A stretch of DNA of 64,000 bases, taken from contig CAWJZV010000018.1 in assembly GCA_963847445.1 (NCBI GenBank), positions 1-64,000 of the forward strand, in the 5' to 3' direction. Shown here in pieces: positions 48,274-57,781 of the stretch (the stretch's first letter is position 1; each line of letters begins with the position of its first letter). Both the position numbers and the translations under genes were made by a program. Below the pieces are notes generated by a model. The model worked only from the letters and a program-made list of their open reading frames with translations, was not told the origin of the DNA and ran no database searches. This stretch comes from an uncultured delta proteobacterium. GTDB lineage: Bacteria; Desulfobacterota; Binatia; UBA9968.

Positions 48274-49116
48274 TCATTTCTCACCCGTCGGCCGCTTCAC
48301 CGGTTCCAAACCGGGGCGGTAGCTCTTTTCGTCCAAGAATTCACGCATGCCGCGTTCGCGCGTGCGTTCGGGATCGGCAGCGCGCAACGCCATGCTCTTC
48401 GCGCCCAAATATTCATACGCTTGATCCATATCCATGCCGCGCACGGCGCGGATCGCATGCTTGGTGTAGGCTAGAACCATCGGGCTTTTGGCGATTAGTT
48501 CGCGCGCAATCGTGACCGTCTCAGCGCGCAACTTTTCAGCCGGCACCGCCATAGTGGCAATGCCGATCTCGGCCGCCTTACGGCCATCGATGGTGCGGCC
48601 GGTCATGGCGTAGAACATGGCGTTGCGGAACCCCACCATTTCACCGAAGACTTTGCTGACATTGCCGCCGGGAATGATGCCCCAATTGACCTCGGACAAA
48701 CCGAAGGTGGCACTGTCCGCGGCGATGACGATGTCACAGGCCGCCAGCGAGACAAACGCGCCGCCGTAACAGTAGCCATTGACCATGGCGATGGTCGGCT
48801 TGCGCGACCAGGCCAGCAACTCGGTCGCCCAGCGCCGGTGCGCCGTCGCGGCGCGAAAGCGCGCCACCGGATCTTTATCGGTCTCGCGAAAATACTGCTT
48901 CAAGTCCATGCCCGCGCTCCAGCTATTCCCCGCCCCCGTGAGAATGATGACTTTAGTCTCATCATCGGTTTCCAGGCCATAAAGAATCTCCTCCATCTCG
49001 ACATGGAGCGTCGGACTCATGGCGTTGCGTTTCTCCGGTCGATTGAAGGTGATCCAGGTAATGCCTTCATCGTCGGTCTCGACAAGCACGCAGGTGTATT
49101 CTTTCTTCTTGGCCAT
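48274..49116 (-). CDS. p-Hydroxycinnamoyl-CoA hydratase/lyase (crotonase family)
   Basis: NRPEKRNAMSP, SAGMDLKQYFRETD, SEVNWGIIPGGNVSK, FLDEKSYRPGL. Confidence 0.9.
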   Translation of the reverse strand: MAKKKEYTCVLVETDDEGITWITFNRPEKRNAMSPTLHVEMEEILYGLETDDETKVIILTGAGNSWSAGMDLKQYFRETDKDPVARFRAATAHRRWATELLAWSRKPTIAMVNGYCYGGAFVSLAACDIVIAADSATFGLSEVNWGIIPGGNVSKVFGEMVGFRNAMFYAMTGRTIDGRKAAEIGIATMAVPAEKLRAETVTIARELIAKSPMVLAYTKHAIRAVRGMDMDQAYEYLGAKSMALRAADPERTRERGMREFLDEKSYRPGLEPVKRPTGEK

Positions 49117-49282
49117 TGGGGTTCTCCTTTTTTTGAATAGCGGTAACGAATCGCCGATTAAACTACCCTCGACTCGATAAACGTCAGCCGCACCTTCTGG
49201 GCACAGACGGAAGTGTATCCGTGATAGAGTTCAAGCATGGTCATCCTTCCTGGCGGTGAAGCACTACCGCTGTCGTGCCAAA

Positions 49283-50164
49283 CTATCGAAGATCCGCAAT
49301 CAGGTGCTCCGGTACCAGGCGGCTGGCTCGTGCATCCTGCAAGGCGACTTCGGCAAGCACGGCGGTGAGCGCGGCCGGCGCGACAATCAACGTCGGCTCA
49401 AACAGCTCGGCGAAGACGCGGTAACATTTGTCGAGAACCTCTGGTTTGCTCCGCAATGCCGGCAGTTGGCGCCCGATGGTAGCGCGCGCCAATGGCGCAT
49501 CGTTCTTGAATAGCTGGACACTGTCGCGATAGATCGCGGCCACCTTGCCCACCAGTTCGCGGTTACCGGCGAGAAATCGCCGTGTGGTCGCCAGCGGCAC
49601 CCACTGGCTATCGAGTGCGAGGGTATCGGCGACAATGCGCAAGCCATCGGCCTCGGCCAAGAAGGCTTTCTCCGGCGGCAACAGCGCGGCATCGAGTTCG
49701 CCACTGCGAAGCGCATCGAAACTGCGATCGTTGAGGCCGAGATCGACCAGTTCGAGATCCTTGTCGCGATCGAACTGCCAGCGCCGCAACAGCGCCAGCA
49801 TCATCATCCCCGCCATCCGGCGCGGTTGATTGATGCCGACTCTCTTCCCTTTGAGATCGGCGATGGCAGCGATCTTTTGATTAGCCACCAAATAAAATGC
49901 CGGACGGTTCAACAGGCCGCCAATCATGACCAGGTCGTTGCCGAAAAGTCCCCATTGAGCTGCGAGAAAATCAGCGACGGCGCGTTGGGGGTGCCGATGG
50001 GAATAGTCTGGGAGACGATGTCCTCGACGACTTTCTCTTCGTCGAGCTGATTGACGATCTCCGCGGCGATATTTTGCCGGGCGAACAAACCGGCCGCCTC
50101 AGCTACATATGGCAAGAAACCGGCCGATGCTCGATGTGCCTATACCAATTTTGACTTTATCCAT
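49283..50164 (-). CDS. SsuA-like substrate-binding protein (frameshifted; no obvious signal peptide)
   Basis: GLFARQ, DLKGKRVGI, ALRSGELDAALL. Confidence 0.75.
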
Positions 50165-50173
50165 TTGATTACC

Positions 50174-50705
50174 TCAATCCAACTGCAACGTCGCCGGCTC
50201 ATTGGCCATGCGCTCGCCCATGCCGACATGCCGCAACCTTTCCCACAAAGCGTCGACTTCCGCCAGCACGGCTGGCGTCGGGACGATGAATATCGATCAA
50301 GTGCGCGATCGGCACCCAACAGGCCCGCCCGGTTAGCCAAAACACTTCCGATCGATTGCCTTCGGGATCGAAGTAGTAGCAGCCCAGAGCGCTGACATGA
50401 TTGACCACGGCATCGATACGCAAGCCCGCTGCAAGCAGTTTTTTGTGCATGATGCGCAGGTCTTCCAGTGTCTCGACACGCAGCGAGATTTGGTTGATCA
50501 ACCGTGAATCGGCGTCCTCCGGCCGGCCGCGGAACAGCGCGATCTCGTGATCGGCCTTTTCCGGATCCGCGCTAAAGAAAACGATACCGGCGCGCCAGTT
50601 CTGCTTGGTGATGCGCATACCCAGGGTATCGCGGTAAAACTCCACCATTTTCTCCAAATCCCGAACGTAAATCCCGACATGTCCCAGCCCAACGACTGCT
50701 GCCAT
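50174..50705 (-). CDS. VOC/glyoxalase family protein
   Basis: GLGHVGIYVRDLEKMVEFY, HEIAL, YYFDPEGNRSE. Confidence 0.88.
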
Positions 50706-50854
50706 GATCCCTCCCAAGCTCTAACCGCGGACATTTTCCCTTAGCTATCTAGCGCCGAAGTGTCAGCGCAATCAAGCCATCGCAGGGACATGGCACAGGT
50801 ATCAGGCCTAGCATGGGGTGGACAATAGCGAACGCTTGCGCTACTTGGTTGGCC

Positions 50855-51601
50855 ATGAAGCCAGAAGAATTTATCGATGAACTGTGGAGCTACGCCGCAG
50901 AAGTGCCGATGGAGCAACATCCCTGGTTCGACGGCATCATAAAGCACCGTTGGACCAAGGAGCAGATCATTCTCGGCGAGGTGCAGCACTATCTGCGGGT
51001 CAGAACCAACCCGATCTTCTTCGGCCATATGGCGATCAATGCCGTGTCGGCGAAGGAATACACCGTGATGGCGACGGTCTTGGAAAACTTCATGGAAGAA
51101 CTCGGCGGCAAGCGCACCCACGTCGACATCATGCTGCAATTTCTCGAAGCAGGCGGCATTTCGCGCGAACAGGCGGACAATGCCGAACCGGCGCCGGGCA
51201 CTTTGGCGGCAATCGAGATGATCGTTGGCTGCTGCCAGCGCCGTTCAGCCCTCGAAGGCGTCGCCATGCTCGCCTTTGTCGAAAGCCAACTCGGCGGCGC
51301 CGGCAAGATTTCCGAAAACGTTTACCGCGAGCTCACTGGCCACTACGGCTTCACGCCCCGCGCGGCCGCTACCTATCAACTCCACGCCGCCCAGGACGAA
51401 GGCCACGGCAGCCGCCAGATCGACGCCATCCGCATGCTTGCCACCGACGAAGCCACGCAAAATAAAATTCGCGCCGCGGTAAAGTTGGGATTGACCGCCT
51501 TCACGCTCGAATGGGACGGCCATGTCCAGGCGATGACCGGCAAAAGAGAGTTCTGGGGCGGCGTTAAGAATTTAAATTTACGCCAACCGAGTGCAGTGTG
51601 A
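50855..51601 (+). CDS. Heme-oxygenase-like iron-containing redox enzyme (PqqC/CADD/TenA fold)
   Basis: HPWF, ENFMEELGGKRTH, E, HAAQDEGH metal-ligand pattern. Confidence 0.8.
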   Translation: MKPEEFIDELWSYAAEVPMEQHPWFDGIIKHRWTKEQIILGEVQHYLRVRTNPIFFGHMAINAVSAKEYTVMATVLENFMEELGGKRTHVDIMLQFLEAGGISREQADNAEPAPGTLAAIEMIVGCCQRRSALEGVAMLAFVESQLGGAGKISENVYRELTGHYGFTPRAAATYQLHAAQDEGHGSRQIDAIRMLATDEATQNKIRAAVKLGLTAFTLEWDGHVQAMTGKREFWGGVKNLNLRQPSAV

Positions 51602-51765
51602 GATCAGCGGGTAACCTGCGCGGAAAAAGATCAATGGGCTAGGGCTAGCGATGCCCCCATCTCAGATCTTCCCCGAACCGGGGAGAAGTCATGTGCTCCA
51701 AAGGAAGGAAAACCCGCAACCGACTCTCGAAACTCTGACCTTGAACTTTGAACCTAGAACAGCCG

Positions 51766-51987
51766 TTAAATCGGCCACTCCTTCGGCAGATCTTTCCTAA
51801 GCTTTTTGTATTCCGCGTCGTCGCTGTGCTGGGCGCGCAACCGCTTGAGCGCCGCGACGACTTCCTTTTGATCCTGCTTCACCGCGTTGGAGACCATACC
51901 CGTGGTCTCTTCGAAGCCGAGGCTTCAATTGCTGTGTCAGCCGCGCATCCGCTTGAGAATGTACAGATCGTCGTCTTTGCTAGCCAT
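51766..51987 (-). CDS. Candidate 73-aa selenoprotein with two in-frame UGA codons (U17, U21)
   Basis: MASKDDDLYILKRMRG-U-HSN-U-SLGFEETTGMVSNAVKQDQKEVVAALKRLRAQHSDDAEYKKLRKDLPKEWPI-TAA; GAGGTG RBS 7 nt upstream; hairpin downstream of the UGAs. Confidence 0.7.
51890..51909 (-). promoter_or_regulatory. Putative bacterial SECIS hairpin
   Basis: mRNA GAGACCA-CGGGUA-UGGUCUC, perfect 7-bp stem; loop starts after 22 nt (UGA2) and 34 nt (UGA1); G at loop position 2. Confidence 0.55.
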
Positions 51988-51998
51988 GTCGGTGCACC

Positions 51999-52419
51999 TC
52001 AATTCGAGATTCCGGAAAAACCAACTTTCTGTGTGGTGATCAGCTCGGTCGCCGTTTCCGGCGCGCCGTCAGCCGTTACAGTGACGCGAATACGCACGAA
52101 AATTCGCCATGCTTCGCCGCGCCATTGGCAGTGAAAAATGACGAAGGCGTTTTCCGTAACCAATCCCGCCGGCTCGTCGCAATGGACGAGAATCGTAAAC
52201 TGCTTGCTTGCCCCCGCCGCCAATTCGAGCGCCGGCGCGAAACCAGTGCTCGGCTGATCTAAATTGGCCATGCGGCAATCGCGCCGAAATCATTGTTAAA
52301 GCAGCCGCGCCAAGATTCTCCAGCTCCCAGAGAATATTCCAACCCGCCGTCATCGCATCGCGCGCGAGCGCCATCTGGCGCAATGCAATTTTCGGTTCGG
52401 TGGTCGATTGCACCGCCAC
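51999..52419 (-). CDS. Hypothetical protein (frameshift near 52245)
   Basis: ORFs 52069-52419 and 51999-52271 join: RLPHGQFRS..APALEL..ENAFVIF..WRIFVRIRV. Confidence 0.65.
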
Positions 52420-52422
52420 AGT

Positions 52423-53426
52423 TTACTTAAGCCGGCCCTCTGCGCGCAATTCTTGCTGGGCTATTTTTAGAATGCGATCGTTGATCACTCGGTCCAAGGT
52501 AAAGTTTTTCTCGACCAGCCCGGCGCGAATATCTTCGTCGAGCATCTGCTGAAGACCCGGCAAGGCCACCGACAAGATCGCCCTTGCAAGCCGCCCGAGT
52601 AGAGATCCCAAGCCGCGCTGACGATCTCCGGATCGCCCTTCAGACCGGCATCGAAGCCCGCTTTAATCGCTTCCTTCTTGTTGAACTTGGCCAACTGCAT
52701 GCCCTGGATGTAGGCCTTGAGCATGCGCTTGCTGGTTTCGGGATATTTGTCGAGCACTTCGTTGCGCGTTACGAGAATATTCTGCGGGATCCCCAGCGAT
52801 TCACTCATGTTGCTGATGAGCGAATAGCCGGCGCGCATCAGGCGCACGCCGTCTTCGGGGGAGAACGGCGCCGCCGCGATCATGCCTTTTTCTATCGCCG
52901 CGGCGCGCAGCACTGTGCCGCCGATGGCGCGCAGGATCACGTCTTTATCGGGATTGAGATTGTGTTTGCGTAGAAATGCCTTGACGGCGAATTCCGAATA
53001 GGTTCCAGCGCCGGTGACACCGATCGGCTTGCCGCGCAAATCTTCCACCGTGCGCGTCTGCTTATTGCCGAGCAGGATATAGTTGGTCGTGCTCGAGATA
53101 CAGCCAAGTATCGTCAAGTCGAGTCCGCGCGATTTGCCGCGAAAGATCGCCTGCGCGCCGCCGATGCTGGCAAAATCCACTTCACCGGAAATCAAAGCCG
53201 CGATCGCCGCCGGACCGCCGCCAATCAGGATCGGCTCGATCTGCAACCCCTGCTGCTTGAAATAGCCGCGCGCCAACGCCGCCCGGAACGGAATCTCGCT
53301 ATTCCACGCGAGACTGACAAAGACCATGCGGACATTCTTCTTCTCCTGCGCCGACGCAACCCCAGCGCAAAGTACCGCGACGATAAGGCAAATCCCAATT
53401 TGCAGTGTTTTCCGAACACCCATCAT
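52423..53426 (-). CDS. ABC transporter substrate-binding protein, SsuA/NMT1-like
   Basis: Signal peptide, GYFKQQGL, AALISGEVDF, DLRGKPIGV; frameshift near 52580. Confidence 0.87.
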
Positions 53427-53466
53427 TCCATCACCCCTCTACTCCAGCACTCCAAGCTTCTCACCC

Positions 53467-53934
53467 TCACCGTTTCGCATACACCGCGGTCTTGCCATTC
53501 TTATCGAACGTCAACACGCTATACGGCTCCGGCTTGCCGCCTTCCATGCCGGGCGACCCGACCGGCATGCCCGGAACGGCGAGGCCAACGATCGGCGGCC
53601 GATCTTTAATAACCTTGTGAATAAGATCCGCCGGCACATGGCCTTCGATGACGTAGCCGTCGATCAAAGCCGTGTGGCAAGCGAAAAGTTGTTGCGGCAC
53701 TCCACGCTGGCGCTTAAGGTCGGTAAACGCGTTGCCAAATAAGACTTTCTTTTCTACTTTGAATCCGTTTTTTTCCAGGTGCACGACCCAGCCATCGCAG
53801 CACTCTCAGGTCGGGGTCTTGTAGACCGTGATAGATTTTACCGCCGATTTCGACGGCGCTTGGCCTAACGTCGGAGCAACCATGAACAAGCTTAAAGCGA
53901 GAACGCAACAAGAGGCAAAACGGTTAATTCGCAT
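53467..53934 (-). CDS. DUF411/CopG-family periplasmic metal-binding protein with in-frame UGA (candidate selenoprotein)
   Basis: Signal peptide, VYKTPT-U-ECCDGWVVHL, CHTA, YVIEGHVPA, GLAVPGMPVGSPGME; ORFs 53806-54006 and 53467-53784 share a frame. Confidence 0.85.
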
Positions 53935-54026
53935 AGATCCTCCCAGCGCAGAGCAATTTATCAGATACGTTGACATAAATGCGAGCGCTGTTGTAACGAT
54001 TATCAATCTTGTGTAGGAGGCCGGCC

Positions 54027-55157
54027 ATGACCAAGAACGGCATGAAAGTTTTGGATAGCGACATGCACCTGATGGAGCCGGTGGATCTGTGGGAGCGCTA
54101 CATCGACGCGAAGTTCAAAGCCGATGCGCCGCGTGGCATAACCAGCGAAAACGTTCGGGACTTACGAATGGCCCACCCCGATGGCCGGCTCTGGGGCTTA
54201 CCGCCGCGCCACAGCGAACGCACCGTGATCAATCCCGGTCACAACTTCAAGAAAAATCAGGGCACCTACCGCGGCCATTCGGAGCGCGGCTGGAGCGCCG
54301 AAGTCCAGCTCGAAGCCATGGACATCGAAGGCATCGATGTCGCCGTGCTCTATCCGACCCGCGGATTGAATGTGCTGAGCGAACCGCATATGGAGCCCAA
54401 CTTCGCTGGCGCATTGGCCTGCGCTTATAACAACTGGCTCTATGATTTTTGCGAGAAAGATCCCAATCGCCTTCTCGGCGCCGGCATGCTCTCGCCCTTC
54501 GACATCAACGACGCGGTCAAGGAAGCCAAACGTTGCGTCAAAGAGCTGGGCTTTCGCGCCGTGTTCTTGCGCTCGAACATCATGAACGACCGCAACTGGT
54601 TCGATGCCTATTACGAACCGCTGTGGAGCACCTTGGAAGAGCTAGCGGTACCGGTGGGTTTTCACGAATCGTCGTCATCCGCGGCGCGCCAGACCGGCGA
54701 TTGGTTCGAGCCCAACTTCATGCTGCGCCGCGCCGTCGCCCAGCCGATGGAACAGATGCTCGGCCTGGTGGCGATTTGCTCCGGCGGGGTGCTCGCCCGC
54801 CACCCCAAGCTGCGCGTCGCGTTTCTCGAAGCCAATTGCACCTGGCTGCCCTGGCTCCTGTGGCGCCTGGACGAAGGCTGGGAACGCGAAGGGGATATCT
54901 GGGCCAAGGATCTGACCATGAAGCCCAGCGATTATTTCAAACGGCAAGTGTTCGTCTCGGTCGAACCGGACGAAGCCGGCGTGAAATATGTTATCGACTA
55001 TATCGGCACCGATCGTTTAGTCTTCTCCACCGATTATCCCCACGGCGATTCAAAATATCCTCAGGCCGTCGAAAGTTTTCTCGAGCTCAAGATCAGCGAC
55101 GACGACAAGCGGAAAATACTCTGGGACAATTGCGCCGAGTTCTACAAAGTTAGCTAA
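54027..55157 (+). CDS. Amidohydrolase family protein
   Basis: LDSDMHLMEP, AVLYPT, YNNWL, FSTDYPHGD. Confidence 0.93.
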   Translation: MTKNGMKVLDSDMHLMEPVDLWERYIDAKFKADAPRGITSENVRDLRMAHPDGRLWGLPPRHSERTVINPGHNFKKNQGTYRGHSERGWSAEVQLEAMDIEGIDVAVLYPTRGLNVLSEPHMEPNFAGALACAYNNWLYDFCEKDPNRLLGAGMLSPFDINDAVKEAKRCVKELGFRAVFLRSNIMNDRNWFDAYYEPLWSTLEELAVPVGFHESSSSAARQTGDWFEPNFMLRRAVAQPMEQMLGLVAICSGGVLARHPKLRVAFLEANCTWLPWLLWRLDEGWEREGDIWAKDLTMKPSDYFKRQVFVSVEPDEAGVKYVIDYIGTDRLVFSTDYPHGDSKYPQAVESFLELKISDDDKRKILWDNCAEFYKVS

Positions 55158-55247
55158 GTCGTTCTAGCGCTCAGACGCAACGCTTGCTTGCGGCTGGTGC
55201 GCACTCCTGCTAACAAAGAGGAATTGTCTGACGGAAGAACTAATCTT

Positions 55248-56459
55248 ATGGCGAATGAAAGCCCAATCAGAAAGCTCAAGCTCGGCATCGTCGGCATCGG
55301 CGTCGGCGCCTCGGAAATCTTGCCGGCGATGGAGCAGATCCCCGAGTTCGAGCTCGCCGCCGCCGCCGATGTCAATCCGCGCGTGCTTGACACCTTCCGC
55401 GAACGTTATGGCGCGAAGACCTACGACAGCGTCGAGAAATTATGCGCCGATCCCAACGTCGAGGCGGTGTGGATATCGACGCCCAATCGATTTCACGCCG
55501 CCCACACGATCATCGCCGCCAACGCCGGCAAGCATGTGGTGGTCGAGAAACCGATGGCGATCTCGCTCCAAGAAGCCGAGAAAATGATCGAGGCGACGAT
55601 CAAGAATAAAATTAAACTCCTGTGCGGCCATACCCAGAGCTTCGGGCCGCATATCAGGACCATGCGCAAGATCATCCGCTCGGGTGAATTAGGCCGCCTA
55701 TGCGCCCTTCATGTCTGGGCCTATACCGATTGGATGCTCCGGCCGCGCACTGCGGACGAACTGGACATCAACCAGGGCGGCGGCGTGCCCTACCGCCAGG
55801 GGCCGCACCAGATCGACACATTGAGGCTGCTCGGCGGCGGCATGGTGCGCAGCGTGCGCGGCTCCACCGGCGCTTGGTTCAAAGGCCGGCCGATTCCCGG
55901 CTACTATTCGGCTTTCATGGAATTCGACGACGGCACTCCCGCAACGCTCATGCACAATGGCTACGGCTATTTTCTGGCGTCGGAATTGGTCCCATGGGGC
56001 GGCCAGAACAGCCGCTACAGCGAAGCCGAACGCGCAGCCGTGCGCAAATCCTTGCTCGACGGCACGCGGGACGAGAACGCCGACAAGGACGCCATGCGCA
56101 TCGGCGGCGCCAACGAACGAGAAATTCGCGACCGCAGCAAGGTCAAACCCTGGCTGCCCAACGACCTGGGCATTCTGGTCGCGACCTGTGAAAAAGGCGA
56201 CATCCGCCAGTCGCAACATGGACTGTTCGTCCACTGCGACGAAGGCACCAAGGACGTGCCGCTCATCGGCGGCGGCGGTCCGTCGCGGCGCGGCGAGCTG
56301 ATGGAACTCTACAATGCCGTCATACTCGACAAACCGATCCGCCACACCGGTCCCTGGGGCATGGCGACGCTGGAAGTCTGCCTGGCGATCATCGAATCGG
56401 CGAAGCAAAGAAAAGAGATTTACTTAAAGCACCAGGTGCCGGCGCCGGAGGAAGATTAA
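55248..56459 (+). CDS. Gfo/Idh/MocA oxidoreductase (phthalate dihydrodiol dehydrogenase-like)
   Basis: GIVGIG, HVVVEKPMA, GHTQSF, YTDWMLRPR, QGPHQID, WGMATLEVCLAI. Confidence 0.88.
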   Translation: MANESPIRKLKLGIVGIGVGASEILPAMEQIPEFELAAAADVNPRVLDTFRERYGAKTYDSVEKLCADPNVEAVWISTPNRFHAAHTIIAANAGKHVVVEKPMAISLQEAEKMIEATIKNKIKLLCGHTQSFGPHIRTMRKIIRSGELGRLCALHVWAYTDWMLRPRTADELDINQGGGVPYRQGPHQIDTLRLLGGGMVRSVRGSTGAWFKGRPIPGYYSAFMEFDDGTPATLMHNGYGYFLASELVPWGGQNSRYSEAERAAVRKSLLDGTRDENADKDAMRIGGANEREIRDRSKVKPWLPNDLGILVATCEKGDIRQSQHGLFVHCDEGTKDVPLIGGGGPSRRGELMELYNAVILDKPIRHTGPWGMATLEVCLAIIESAKQRKEIYLKHQVPAPEED

Positions 56460-56467
56460 CAATCGAA

Positions 56468-56632
56468 AAAGCACGAAGCACGAAATCCGAAATTCGAAAC
56501 AAATCCAAATGACCCAATATCCAATGTTCCAAACGGTTCCGATCCGGATTCCGCGTTTTGAACATTTCAGCCGGTTTTCTAATTGTTTAGATGTTAGTTT
56601 GTTTCGGATTTCGATATTCGGATTTCGGATTT
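56468..56632. repeat. 7-nt-period inverted repeat element
   Basis: aagcacgaaatccgaaattcgaaacaaatc ... tttgtttcggatttcgatattcggatttcggattt. Confidence 0.75.
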
Positions 56633-56667
56633 TCTGTCTGTCCAAGGTAAAAATCTAAGGAGGCTCC

Positions 56668-57648
56668 ATGCATAACAATCAAATCACCGTCGACGTTCAC
56701 GGCCACATGACCACACCCGCGGTATTCCGCCAGTTTCTCGCGGAAACCGTCTCGCAAAACACGCCCAATCGAAAATTGGATATGAGCGACGAGCAGCTCG
56801 AAGCCGCCCAGCAGCGCCATCTGAAATTCATGGACGACCGCGGCATCGACGTTCAGTTGATCGGCCCGCGCCCCATCGCCATGTGGCACTGGATGCGGCC
56901 GTTCCTGCAAGAGTTCTGGGCGTTCACGACCAACAATGTCATTGCCCGTATCGTCAAGTTGCACCCCGACCGTTTCCGCGGCATGGCGCAACTGCCGCAG
57001 TCGCGCGACAAGGACACGCGTAATTGTCTGCCCGAGTTCGAGCGCTGCATCAAGGAGCTGAACTTCGTCGGCGCTTATTTGAATCCCGATCCCGCCGGCG
57101 ACAAGCAGACTCCCGGCGTGCATGAAGAGTATTGGCACCCGCTCTACGACAAGGCGGTGCAATTGGATGTCCCGCTGATGGTCCATCCATCCACTACCTA
57201 TGACCGGCGGTTAGAAATCATCCCGGCGAACTATCAGATGAACAACTATCTGGAAGAGTTTGTCGCCATGCAGCTCTACATGCACAGCAAGATTTTCCAG
57301 ACCTTTCCGAAATTGAAGATCGTCATCTGCCACTGCGGCGGCGGACTTAACCGCTTCATCCCCAACGACCACCATGTCGGCCAGGGCGATTTCAGCAAGA
57401 ATCTCTTTTTCGATTCCTGTGTTTACGACGTGAACTACCTGGAAGCCGCCATCAAGCAACGCGGCGTCGACCAAGTCCTGTTCGGCACCGAGTCCCCCGG
57501 CTCCGGCGGCGCCGTGCGCAAAGACACCGGCAAGCCATCGGACGACATGATCCCGGTGATCGATGGTCTCGGATTCTTGAGCGCGGAGGATAAGCTGAAG
57601 ATCTTCCAGAAAAATCCTTTGAAAGTTTTCACAAAAGTAAAGATCTAA
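56668..57648 (+). CDS. Amidohydrolase family protein (LigJ/4-oxalomesaconate hydratase-like)
   Basis: VDVHGH, QLIGPRP, LPQS, LNPDP, HCGG, LFFDSCVY, LFGTE. Confidence 0.85.
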   Translation: MHNNQITVDVHGHMTTPAVFRQFLAETVSQNTPNRKLDMSDEQLEAAQQRHLKFMDDRGIDVQLIGPRPIAMWHWMRPFLQEFWAFTTNNVIARIVKLHPDRFRGMAQLPQSRDKDTRNCLPEFERCIKELNFVGAYLNPDPAGDKQTPGVHEEYWHPLYDKAVQLDVPLMVHPSTTYDRRLEIIPANYQMNNYLEEFVAMQLYMHSKIFQTFPKLKIVICHCGGGLNRFIPNDHHVGQGDFSKNLFFDSCVYDVNYLEAAIKQRGVDQVLFGTESPGSGGAVRKDTGKPSDDMIPVIDGLGFLSAEDKLKIFQKNPLKVFTKVKI

Positions 57649-57781
57649 GAAGGTGGAGGATGGAGTCACAAAAGATTGAAGATGGAGACTGGCGCAGTGC
57701 GTCGTGAGTCCTCGTATCTCCCATCCTCGACGATCTCCAGCCTCCAAGACAGCGGTGCGACAAACACAACGGAGGAGTTAC

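Noticed and set aside
51599-51765. TGA ending the HO-like enzyme as a further Sec codon
   Set aside because: The domain looks complete, no Cys-type motif surrounds it and the downstream sequence runs into intergenic repeats
51748-52134. 128-aa plus-strand ORF
   Set aside because: Antisense shadow of the two minus-strand genes; TTG start inside a repeat and no recognisable motif
51766-53934. UGA reassigned to Trp or Gly genome-wide
   Set aside because: TGA is the true stop of many genes here (e.g. nuoB, DUF411, HCHL) and TGG is used for Trp, so read-through must be site-specific
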